This document shows, piece by piece, positions 48,968 to 57,587 of a stretch of 64,000 bases of DNA. Made by a program: the position numbers and the translations under genes. Under the pieces are notes generated by a model, which saw nothing but the letters and a program-made list of their open reading frames with translations, had not been told where the DNA came from and did not search any database. This stretch comes from a virus, in the IMG/VR virus record IMGVR_UViG_3300036760_001167, positions 32,001 through 96,000 of that record, one strand, 5' to 3'. Positions within the stretch are counted from its first letter, which is position 1. The number at the start of each line of letters is the position of its first letter.

Positions 48968-50265
48968 GTCAGTCCTCCGTCCTGCCGGCGTTGCCGGCGT
49001 CGTGCGGCGCGCTCGTCGCGCCGTCCGGTACCTTGTCGTGAAACTCGTGCAGGCAGCGCTCGCGATGCGGGCCGCCGCCGCTCGGCCACCGCGGGTTGAC
49101 GACCTTCCACGGGTCGTCCCGCCCGTTGCCGCAGTCCGGGCAGCGATCGCGCGTCACGACAGCACGTCCGAGTCGAGGCGCAGCCAGTCCTCCAGGTCGC
49201 CGTCCGACGGCGCGCCGCCCGGCCCGTCGTCGTCCGGCGGGGCCGGCGGCTCGGGCAGCGCCGAGATCACCATCACCGCGGCCATCGCGCCAGCGAGCAC
49301 CGCGATCAGCGTCCACACCGCGCCCAGCCAGAAGTCGACCGTCCAGGTCGGCCACATCACGCGCGCCCCAGGTTGATCAGGTGCGCCATGTCGGTGACGT
49401 CCTTCTCCCTCGTCGACGCGAAGAGGACGTCCTTCTTCCACCACAGCTCCCAGACCGGAACGCCGGTCTTGGTCACGCGAACCTCTGCCCTCGTCAGCTT
49501 CATGCGGCCCTCCTGTCCCGCTCGGCGACGACGCGCCTGTACAGCGGCGTCGACTCGAGCCACTCGACCGAGTCCATCTCGATGACGCTCGCGCTCCACT
49601 CTTCCCAGGAGCGCCAGGCGATGTCGTACGCGTGCGACGCCTCGTCGAAGATCGCCGGGCACGGCATGCTCCACCAGTACGCGAAGCGCAGCCGCGACGC
49701 GTGCCGCACCATCCAGCGCTCGAGGTTGCGGACGTGGTCCGTCCCGAGGCTCGACACCTGCCGGCCGTTCCACGCGAGCCGCTGCTCGAACACGTCGTAC
49801 GCGCTCGGCCCGTAGTGCGGCATCGGCGGGCGCTCCGCGACGCCGACCGCGCCGCGGCACGGGCAGCCCTCGACCTTGCAGCGGCCCAGGATCGTGACGG
49901 CCCAGTCCTCGTTCCCCGCGAGCTCCACCGGCTCGTGGTCGAGGAGCGCGTGCCCGCACGCGTGGTCGTCCGTGTCGATCATCAGTCTCCCCTTCCCATG
50001 CCCATGTCGACGGGCGGCTCGTCGGTGATGTCGACGGCCTCCTCGACCGTGATCGGCTTCTTGCGGCCCGGCACCGCCACGCGGCGGCGGCGCTGCTCGT
50101 ACGCGCTCGTCTCCAGCGCCTCGTCCGGCGGCGGCGGCTCCTGGTCCAGCAGCGCCTCGAGCGCGACCTCGAACCGCGGCGCCGCGCGCGCGATCATGTC
50201 CATCTCGTCGGGCCGCAGCGGCCGCCCGAGCCGCTCGCGCCCCTCGTCCATCGCCTCCGCCAGGT

Positions 50266-52569
50266 TCACGACGCGCTCCCCATGATGCTGCCGTCGGCGG
50301 GCGGGTCGGCGACGCGGAAGGCGAGGTTGGCCTCCGCCAGGAACGCGGCGCGGTCGCCCTGGAGCAAGTAGCGGTACGCGTCCGCCTGGTCTCCCGCAGC
50401 GGCCGCGGCCGGCGCGTGGCTGCGGCAGTACGCGAGGCCTCCGGCGGGGTCGCGCGCGGCGCGCGTGCAGCCGGGCGCCCGGCACAGCGGGAGCGGGCTC
50501 GCGGCGCGGTACGCGCGGACCGCCTCGACGCCGTCGGCGACCTCGTCCCAGTCGGCGAAGGGGTCGTTGTCCACGGTGTCGCCGCGCTGGACCACGACTG
50601 GCTCGCCGCACTGCGGGCAGCACTGGTCACCGACCGCGGCGTTGGCGTGGGCGCAGCGGTCCGGCCCCCGCCGCAGGAAGCTCTCGGGGATGCCGTATAC
50701 CTGCGCGATCTGCGCGGCCGTCAGGCGCCTGGTCCCGCCTGGCAGGAGGACCGACACGCCCGCGCGGGACGCCTCGGTGATCGCCTGCTCGTGGGCCAGG
50801 TTCACGTCGAATCGCCGCGAGTAGGGGTCGAGCGGCGTGTTGTACTCCGCGGCCGATCGCCAGCGCCCGTCGATGTACCGGCCGGGCTCGCCCGCGTGCG
50901 GGTCCGGGATGCCCGCCGCCACGAACCAGGGCTCGACCCGCTCGACCCGCGTGGGCCGAGGCCACGGCGTCTCGTTCAGGCCGTCTACCCGCGGCAGGCC
51001 GGCCTGCGTCGGGCACGAGAGCCGGTGCAGCGTCGACTCCGCCGCGCCGCAGCTCGCGCAGGCGGCGGACAGCGCGGCCCGCAGTGCCGTCGGGTCGCTC
51101 GTCCACTCCGTCTGCCCCGGGACGCGAGCCTCGAGCGGGCCCGGCGTCACGAGGCGGCGGAGCGGCGCGTGGCTCTGCCAGGTCGTGATCTCCTGCGCGT
51201 CGCTCTCCTGCCGGAACTCCATCCGCCGCAGGTCGGGCTCGTCGAACTCGACGCCGCGCCAGCGCAGCGCCTGGCGGCCGTCCTCGCCGACGGTCAGCGT
51301 GTAGTCCGGCCCGTCCGGCCGCGCGACCTCGGCCGCCGCCGTCGTGAAGGCGATGTCCGCGGCCGAGTAGTCCGGTACCAAGGGCGCGCCGAGCCCGCGC
51401 AGCAGCCGGCCGAAGCTCTCGTCGTGGATCTGCGCCGTGACGCGCAGCCCGTCCGCGTCGGCCTCGGCGCCGGTCACGCGGCCGACCGCGCGGCTCCTCC
51501 GGAGTCGCTCGTCCGCCTGCACCCGGTAACGCGGCTCGACGCTGTACCTGCGCGGGTCCGGGCGCCAGTCGTTGAGCATCTCGTCCGAGACAGGGACCAT
51601 CGTCGCGAGGCGCCGCACGTCGTCCTCGGACGGCTCGCGCGCGAGCGCGCCGATCTGCTCCGTCAGCCGCTCCTGGTCCTCGAGCGCGCGGATCCGGTCG
51701 CGCAGCGCGTCGGCCTCGCGGATCACGTCGTCGACGTCGCCGGTCTCCTCGGGGCTGAGCGCGCCGGGGCGGGAGGAGACGTAGTCGTTCAGCGAGGAGA
51801 CGCGCCCCTCGAGCTCGTACCGCAGGTACGCGAGCGGGCTCGCCGAGCGGCCGCGGCCGGCTGCGCCGAGCGGCTCGAAGGTCATGCCGTCCCCGAGCAG
51901 CGCGGTCCGCCCGCGGCCCGGCTCGCCGTAGCTCATGAAGCTGAGGCGCATCTGCCGGTCGATCGCCTCGTCCTCGCGGCGCCGCGTCCGGCGGGCCAGG
52001 GCCCGCGCGCGGCGGTCGCGCAGCCTCCGCACGAGGCCGCGGGACTCCGCGGCCGCAGGGAGCGGCGGGACCGCCGCCGGTAGCGGCGGGACCAGGAGCT
52101 CGTCCGACTCCGGGTAGTAGACCGGCGGGACGACTGCCCGCGCGTCCTGGAGCATGGCGCGGGCCTGGTCGCGCGTGAGCAGCCCGTGGTCCGTCATGAG
52201 GCTCCGCCTGAACGCGTCGCCGTCGACGGAGTACCGCGCGATGAAGTCGGCGTGGCGCCGCGCGGCTCCGAGCTCCGCCGCCGTCTGGACCGCGTCGGCA
52301 CGCTCGTCCTCCGCGATCTGCGCCAGGACCTCGTCGCTCGGGCGGGCCTCGCAGGTCATGATGACCTCGACGCCAGCCGCGTTGCCCCACTCGTCGAGCC
52401 GGCCGATCGTCTGCACGTGCTTCCGGCCCTCGAGCTGGAGGCCCTCCGCCAGCTCCGCGCCGATCTTCTCGTTGAGCTCCATCATGACCGCGCGCGTCAG
52501 CACCTCGCCGCGCCGCGCCTCGTCGAGCGTGCGGTCGGGGATGACGACGGAGACCTTGATCTCGCTCAC
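50266..52569 (-). CDS. 767-aa mosaic protein built from short phage structural-protein-like segments
   Basis: Long coupled ORF with coding-like codon use; segments resemble portal, capsid, prohead protease, tail tube and TerL (see findings). Confidence 0.75.
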   Translation of the reverse strand: MSEIKVSVVIPDRTLDEARRGEVLTRAVMMELNEKIGAELAEGLQLEGRKHVQTIGRLDEWGNAAGVEVIMTCEARPSDEVLAQIAEDERADAVQTAAELGAARRHADFIARYSVDGDAFRRSLMTDHGLLTRDQARAMLQDARAVVPPVYYPESDELLVPPLPAAVPPLPAAAESRGLVRRLRDRRARALARRTRRREDEAIDRQMRLSFMSYGEPGRGRTALLGDGMTFEPLGAAGRGRSASPLAYLRYELEGRVSSLNDYVSSRPGALSPEETGDVDDVIREADALRDRIRALEDQERLTEQIGALAREPSEDDVRRLATMVPVSDEMLNDWRPDPRRYSVEPRYRVQADERLRRSRAVGRVTGAEADADGLRVTAQIHDESFGRLLRGLGAPLVPDYSAADIAFTTAAAEVARPDGPDYTLTVGEDGRQALRWRGVEFDEPDLRRMEFRQESDAQEITTWQSHAPLRRLVTPGPLEARVPGQTEWTSDPTALRAALSAACASCGAAESTLHRLSCPTQAGLPRVDGLNETPWPRPTRVERVEPWFVAAGIPDPHAGEPGRYIDGRWRSAAEYNTPLDPYSRRFDVNLAHEQAITEASRAGVSVLLPGGTRRLTAAQIAQVYGIPESFLRRGPDRCAHANAAVGDQCCPQCGEPVVVQRGDTVDNDPFADWDEVADGVEAVRAYRAASPLPLCRAPGCTRAARDPAGGLAYCRSHAPAAAAAGDQADAYRYLLQGDRAAFLAEANLAFRVADPPADGSIMGSAS

Positions 52570-53684
52570 CGCCCGCCTCCCCCGCCCCCGCGGATCCTCC
52601 AGGCGGCGATCGCGAGCCAGCCCTCGGCCTTGCGCATGGCGCGGTCGGGGTCCTCCCCGTTCGCCGCGCGCTCGAGCTCGCGGCTGCCCGCGGCGATGAC
52701 CCGGCTCGTGAGGCGCTCGCGGCGCCAGGCACGCAGGCGCGCCGTCACTGGCGCGCCTCCCACGCCTCGGCCATCTCGCGGATCGGCGGCAGCTCGTTGA
52801 CGCACGCGCTCCCGCCGTTGAACTTGTTCATGGACTCGTCCCAGTCCCACTGCAACTGGCGGCCGTTCGGCGCGACGACGACGAGCACGCGGCCCTCGTC
52901 GTCCCAGGGCGTGGTCACCTTGACGTACCCGAAGCCCAGGTAGTCCGCGCGGTGCTGGCGCTCCTCCTCGATCGCCGCGGGCATCGCGGCGTCGTCGAGG
53001 ATTACGGACAGCGTCGCGCGGCACTCCTCGAGGTAGACGTGCTGCATCAGCGACAGGTCGGCGTCCCCGCGGAACGTGCGCAGCTTGTCGCGCAGCTCGC
53101 GGAGCGCCTGCTGGGTGTAGCCGTTGTGGAGCTGCGAGGCGGCGGCGCGGTTGAGCGCCATCGACTCGCGCGTGATCCGCGGCTGGTCGTTGTCGACCAT
53201 CTGCTCGACCATCTCGTACTGCTCCTCCGTCAGCGCCACGATCCTCACGTCGTCCTCCTCTCGTTCGCGATGTTCCCGTCCCACGGCTTGCTCGACAGGT
53301 GCCAGCCACCGCACTCCGGGCACTCGTAGCAGCCCGTCTCGATGTGGCTGCGCCGGCGCTCGCCGTCCATCGCTCTCTTGATGATCCGCGCGAGCTCGCC
53401 CAGCGCGCCCTCCCTCGACTCGAAGCGGATCTTCCGCGCGCACGGGTCGTCGCCGAAGGTGCCGCGCCGCGCGGCGCTAGCGAGCGGCGCGACCGGCTCG
53501 TCCGGGTCGATCGTCAGCTGGATCGCCCGGCCGCCGTCCACCACCTCCGCGCCCGTGATGCTCGCGCCGACGCGCGAGCCCTTCCACGCGACGACGGTCC
53601 GCGTGCCGACGAGGCGCGCGGCGGAGCCGGGGAGGAAGAGGGTCGCCTCCCCGGCTGGGCACGTCATCTTGAAGGCGCGCTCGC

Positions 53685-54248
53685 TCACGCGTCGGCGCCG
53701 TCCTCGGGCACTGGCGGCAGCGCGTCGGTGGCCTCGGCGGCCAGGCGCTCTTGCGTGTCCGGCCACTCGCCGACGATCTCGGCGAAGGCCTGCGACTCGG
53801 CATCCGTCAGGTTCACGGGCTCCGGCTCCGGCCGCAGGAACGCGAGCCGGCCCTCCGCGCGCATGCGGCGGAACCGCCGCGGCGCGGCCAGGCGGAACAG
53901 GCTCAGCGACCATGCCCGCGCGTCCTCCTCGCCGCCGATCGCGCCGGCCACGCCCGCCAGGTGCATCGCGTGGCGGTACTCGTGGAGCAGCGTCACGACG
54001 GAGAAGTGGTCCATGACGATCATGCCGCCCGGCCCCTGCGCCGGGACGAACGCGCCCAGAACGCTCAGCGGCGCGAACCGCACGAGCGGCTCCGGCATGC
54101 CGTACGCGGCGGACACGGTGGCAATCCACTTCTCGATGGCGCGGCCTTGCTCGTCCATGGTGCTGCGCCAGAGCTTCGCCCTGACGAGCTCGCGCGTGGC
54201 CATGACGACCTCGACGCGGATGTGCGGGTACTTCCGGCTGTAGCTCAC
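53685..54248 (-). CDS. Putative zincin metallopeptidase
   Basis: TLLHEYRHAM (HExxH) with downstream EEDARAWS. Confidence 0.6.
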   Translation of the reverse strand: MSYSRKYPHIRVEVVMATRELVRAKLWRSTMDEQGRAIEKWIATVSAAYGMPEPLVRFAPLSVLGAFVPAQGPGGMIVMDHFSVVTLLHEYRHAMHLAGVAGAIGGEEDARAWSLSLFRLAAPRRFRRMRAEGRLAFLRPEPEPVNLTDAESQAFAEIVGEWPDTQERLAAEATDALPPVPEDGADA

Positions 54249-54460
54249 GTCAGATCCACTCCTTCTCTCTTCAGGGCCGCGCGCAGGTTGCGCCACGCCC
54301 TCGGGTCGGTGCGCCCCAGCGGGAACCGCTGGAGTATTCTGCCGTCGGGCCCGCGGAGCACGCCGTGCCCGCCGCCCGTCGGGTCTGGCTCGACGGTGCA
54401 GCCGTGCCGCACCGCCTCCAGTATCACGCGGCGGACGCCGTCGTCGCGCGGCCGCCTCAC
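54245..54460 (-). CDS. HicA-like small protein
   Basis: G.TVE..GGGHGVLRGPDG...TDPRAWRNLRAALKREG; no HicB adjacent. Confidence 0.55.
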   Translation of the reverse strand: MRRPRDDGVRRVILEAVRHGCTVEPDPTGGGHGVLRGPDGRILQRFPLGRTDPRAWRNLRAALKREGVDLT

Positions 54461-54692
54461 AGGTCCCTCCACTCTTCCATCTCGAGCCAGTCCGCGAGGC
54501 CCTCCATGCCCGCGCGGTCCATGGCCATCGCGGCCTCGCGCACCGCGTCGACGAGCCGGCCGTGCTGCTCGTCCAGGCTGTCGTCCTTCGGGTCCTGCCC
54601 GCTCGCGCGGCAGAGGCGGATCCACACGGCCTCGCCGACGGCGGTGCCTCGCGACCAGCGCTCCTCGACGTCGAGGTCGACCGTGTCGGGCA

Positions 54693-55685
54693 TCACTCGA
54701 CTCCCTCCCACATGTCCGCCTCGACCAGCTCGTCCAGCGCCGGGTCCTCGTCCTTCGCGCGGCCGTAGACGTCGACGCCGTGCAGCATCCACATGTGGTC
54801 CACGTGGTCCTGGCGCTCGTCGAACGTGATGCCGCACCTGAAGCACTTCCAGCTCGTCAGGACCGGCGAGCCCCACGTCTGCGGGTCGCGGCGGGTGCGC
54901 GCCTTCGCGCGGGCCGCGGTTGCGTCGTGCGACGGCAGGACCAGCGTGGTCCGCGGCGCCGCGTAGACGATCGGCTCCGCGACGGGCGCGGGGTGGCCCG
55001 CGTGCTTCGCGGCCGCCGCGACCAGCGCGTCGAACAGCTCCTGCGAGCCGGGCTTCCCGCTCATCTCGGGGTGGAACTGGACGCCCACCATCCAGCCCTC
55101 GACCGACTCGATGCACTCGACGACGCCGTCCGGCGACCAGCCCGTGGCGACGAACCCGGGCGCGACCTTCGCGACGGCCTGGTGGTGGATGCTGACGACG
55201 CTGCGCGTCACCTGGCCGAACGCCTTGCGGAGCCGCGAGCCCTTCGCCGATCGCACGGCGTGGTCGTGGCCCAGGTGGTAGCGGCCCGTCTCCGGGTCGC
55301 CCTGGATGTGCTGGTTGAGCGTGCCGCCCATGGTCGCGTTCAGGATCTGCGCGCCGCGGCAGATTCCCAGGATCGGCAGGCCCTTCTCGACGGCGGCCTC
55401 GATGCAGAGCGTCTCGACGAGGTCGCGCAGCTCGTTCGGGTGCTGCGCCTGCTTGTGCGGCTCGGCGCCGTAGAGCGAGGGGCTGATGTCGCTGCCGCCC
55501 GTCAGGAGGAGCGCGTGGTAGCGGCCGCTCCTCAGCGCGGCGATCGCCTTCTCGTCAGCGTAGGCCATGCACTTCGGGTCGCCGCCCGCGCGCCGCACCT
55601 TGTGGTCGGCGTGGCCCAGGACAAGTACCCGCGTCCGCGGCCTCGCGGCCGCCTTCGCCTTCTTCGTCGCCTTCGCGCTGGTCAT
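54693..55685 (-). CDS. Class I glutamine amidotransferase / peptidase C26 (PuuD-like)
   Basis: LLLTGGSDISP.LYG, RDLVE, LGICRGAQ.LN..GGTL.Q, SIHHQAV, GVQFHPE. Confidence 0.93.
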   Translation of the reverse strand: MTSAKATKKAKAAARPRTRVLVLGHADHKVRRAGGDPKCMAYADEKAIAALRSGRYHALLLTGGSDISPSLYGAEPHKQAQHPNELRDLVETLCIEAAVEKGLPILGICRGAQILNATMGGTLNQHIQGDPETGRYHLGHDHAVRSAKGSRLRKAFGQVTRSVVSIHHQAVAKVAPGFVATGWSPDGVVECIESVEGWMVGVQFHPEMSGKPGSQELFDALVAAAAKHAGHPAPVAEPIVYAAPRTTLVLPSHDATAARAKARTRRDPQTWGSPVLTSWKCFRCGITFDERQDHVDHMWMLHGVDVYGRAKDEDPALDELVEADMWEGVE

Positions 55686-55941
55686 GCTCCCACTCCTTCT
55701 TCGTTGACGATGGTGCACAGGCCGCCCTCTTCCAGCTCGCGGAAGAAGCGGTAGGACGAGGCGTCCTCGTGCATCGCGTGCTCGCTCCAGTTCCATGCTC
55801 GCTGCGCCATCTCCCGGCGGAACGAGCCCTTGTCGCTCTCGTTCCACGACTCCTCGCGGAGCGCGAGCTCCATCTCGCGCCACGTCTCGCCGGTGAGGAT
55901 GCTGCCGTCGGCGAAGATAACCGTCTTGGTCGCGGTCATGT

Positions 55942-56943
55942 TCACTCGACCTCCTCGAGCACCGAGCGGGTCGCGTCGAGCTGCGCCTGCAGCGTCGCCA
56001 CGCGCGCCTCGACGGTGCCGCGCGTCTCGCCGCTCGTCTCGAACCTGAGCAGCCAGGACGCGTCCTCGGTGGTGAGGCCGAAGGGGATGAGGTCGGTGAG
56101 CATCTGGGTGACGTCGGTGCCGCTGACGACGGCGCCTGCGAGCGCGCTCGCGAAGAGCGCCTGGCCGAAGCGGACCCACGCCGAGATCTTCTTGAAGTTG
56201 GTGGTGCCCGCGTGCGCCCTGACCTCGACGCTGCCGTGGCGCGGGTAGGCGTGCAGGTTGATGGAGCCGCGCGGGCCGACGGCGCCGATCGCGCGGAGGT
56301 CGCGGGCCCTCAGCAGCGCCGCGGTGCTCTCGCTCGTCCAGGCGGCGCAGTAGCTGTTGTTCCTACGGCTCGGCGCGACCATGCGGAAGATGAGGTCCTG
56401 GCGCTCGACGAACGCGATGACCTGCGCGCGGATCTCGTCGACGCCCTGCGCCCTCATGTCGTGGTGGACGTGCAGGCCGCACGAGCGGTTGACGGTCGCG
56501 CCGCAGTCGACGAGGGCCTGGCAGACAAGCTGGAGCTGGGCGAAGCCGCTCTCGCCGCGGAGCTTGGGGCTGACCAGCTCGAGGCCGGCGCCGTTGACGC
56601 TGCAGTCGGTCTTGAGCTCCCAGTGCGAGCCGTTCGACGCGCGGTAGCCGTACACGTCGGCGTTGATCCCGACGCGCGCCAGCGCCGCGAGGATCTCGCT
56701 GCGCCCTGGGCCCGTCAGCTCAAGCTCCACGCCGAAGGCGCGGCCCTGGTTGGAGCGCCGCGCACTAGTGGTCGTGGTGCCGCGCTGCGTGCCGTTCGTC
56801 CTGTTGTAGCGGGCGCGGTAGCAGGGCTTGCAGTAGTTGACGAAGCGGCCGCTGGACATGTAGAAGTTCGCGCGCGTCGCTGGAAGCGAGCGCTGGCAGC
56901 CGCGGCAGGTCTTCGTCTCGGTGCTCTCGGTGAAGTCAGGCAC
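55942..56943 (-). CDS. Amidoligase (COOH-NH2 ligase) family protein with N-terminal Zn ribbon
   Basis: FGVELE, WELKTDCS, ELVSPKL, NRSCGLHVH, SRRNNSYC, HGSVEVRAH.GT. Confidence 0.9.
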   Translation of the reverse strand: MPDFTESTETKTCRGCQRSLPATRANFYMSSGRFVNYCKPCYRARYNRTNGTQRGTTTTSARRSNQGRAFGVELELTGPGRSEILAALARVGINADVYGYRASNGSHWELKTDCSVNGAGLELVSPKLRGESGFAQLQLVCQALVDCGATVNRSCGLHVHHDMRAQGVDEIRAQVIAFVERQDLIFRMVAPSRRNNSYCAAWTSESTAALLRARDLRAIGAVGPRGSINLHAYPRHGSVEVRAHAGTTNFKKISAWVRFGQALFASALAGAVVSGTDVTQMLTDLIPFGLTTEDASWLLRFETSGETRGTVEARVATLQAQLDATRSVLEEVE

Positions 56944-56989
56944 TCTCTCGCCTCTCGCCTTGGAGCGCCCCCACGGCGCTCTCTATGCT

Positions 56990-57089
56990 TCTATTATCGG
57001 CCCCGGCGGCCGATCGCCGCACCGGACCAAGGGCCGGAGTCGGCCCGCGGGCCGCCCTAGGCCGCAGGTCTAGTGTGGCGCATACTAGT
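56990..57089 (-). promoter_or_regulatory. Conserved promoter/operator element, copy 4
   Basis: ctattatcgg ... cctagg-ccgcaggtctagtgtggcgcatactag, same spacing. Confidence 0.8.
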
Positions 57090-57209
57090 CCGCCGGGCCT
57101 CGGGCGGCCGCCCACTCACCCGTGGGGCCGCCTTGTTCCGCTGCGCTGGCGGGGTCGGTCCCATCATCTCGGTGAACGGCCGCCCGACGCCTGCCGGGCT
57201 GCGCGGATC

Positions 57210-57587
57210 CTATCGTCTCGGCGGAGGCTTGTACACCCCTCCCACCAGGCGCGGCGCGTACTCCTCCGTCTGCCGCCAGTAGAGCGCCTCGCGCCCGTCG
57301 CTCAGGAGCAGCGTCGCGCGCTCGTAGAAGCCCGCGTTGACGCCCTCGAAGTAGTCGACCGCGGTGAGCTCGCTGCCCTCCAGCTCGATCAGCAGGCCCT
57401 CGGCCAGGCCGCCCTCGAGCGGCATCACGGTCAGGTAGCCGTTCGTCCCCTCGACGACGACGTGGTCCTCCACCGTCGCGGAGCCGACGTAGCGGTTGGC
57501 CATCGCCGTGTCGCTGAACCCGCGGCCCATCAGGTGCGCGAGCCTCGCGGGGTCGCGCAGCGTGCCGTAGGCGAAGACCAGGGTCAC
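57210..57587 (-). CDS. Gamma-glutamylcyclotransferase (GGCT/AIG2-like)
   Basis: VFAYGTLR ... ELTAVDYFEG ... YER. Confidence 0.85.
   Translation of the reverse strand: MTLVFAYGTLRDPARLAHLMGRGFSDTAMANRYVGSATVEDHVVVEGTNGYLTVMPLEGGLAEGLLIELEGSELTAVDYFEGVNAGFYERATLLLSDGREALYWRQTEEYAPRLVGGVYKPPPRR

Noticed and set aside
11516-55754. Long plus-strand ORFs such as 11516-13600, 20595-23213, 32461-35664 and 53751-55754
   Set aside because: They are antisense shadows of real minus-strand genes, expected at this GC content; Arg/Ala/Pro-rich with no motifs.
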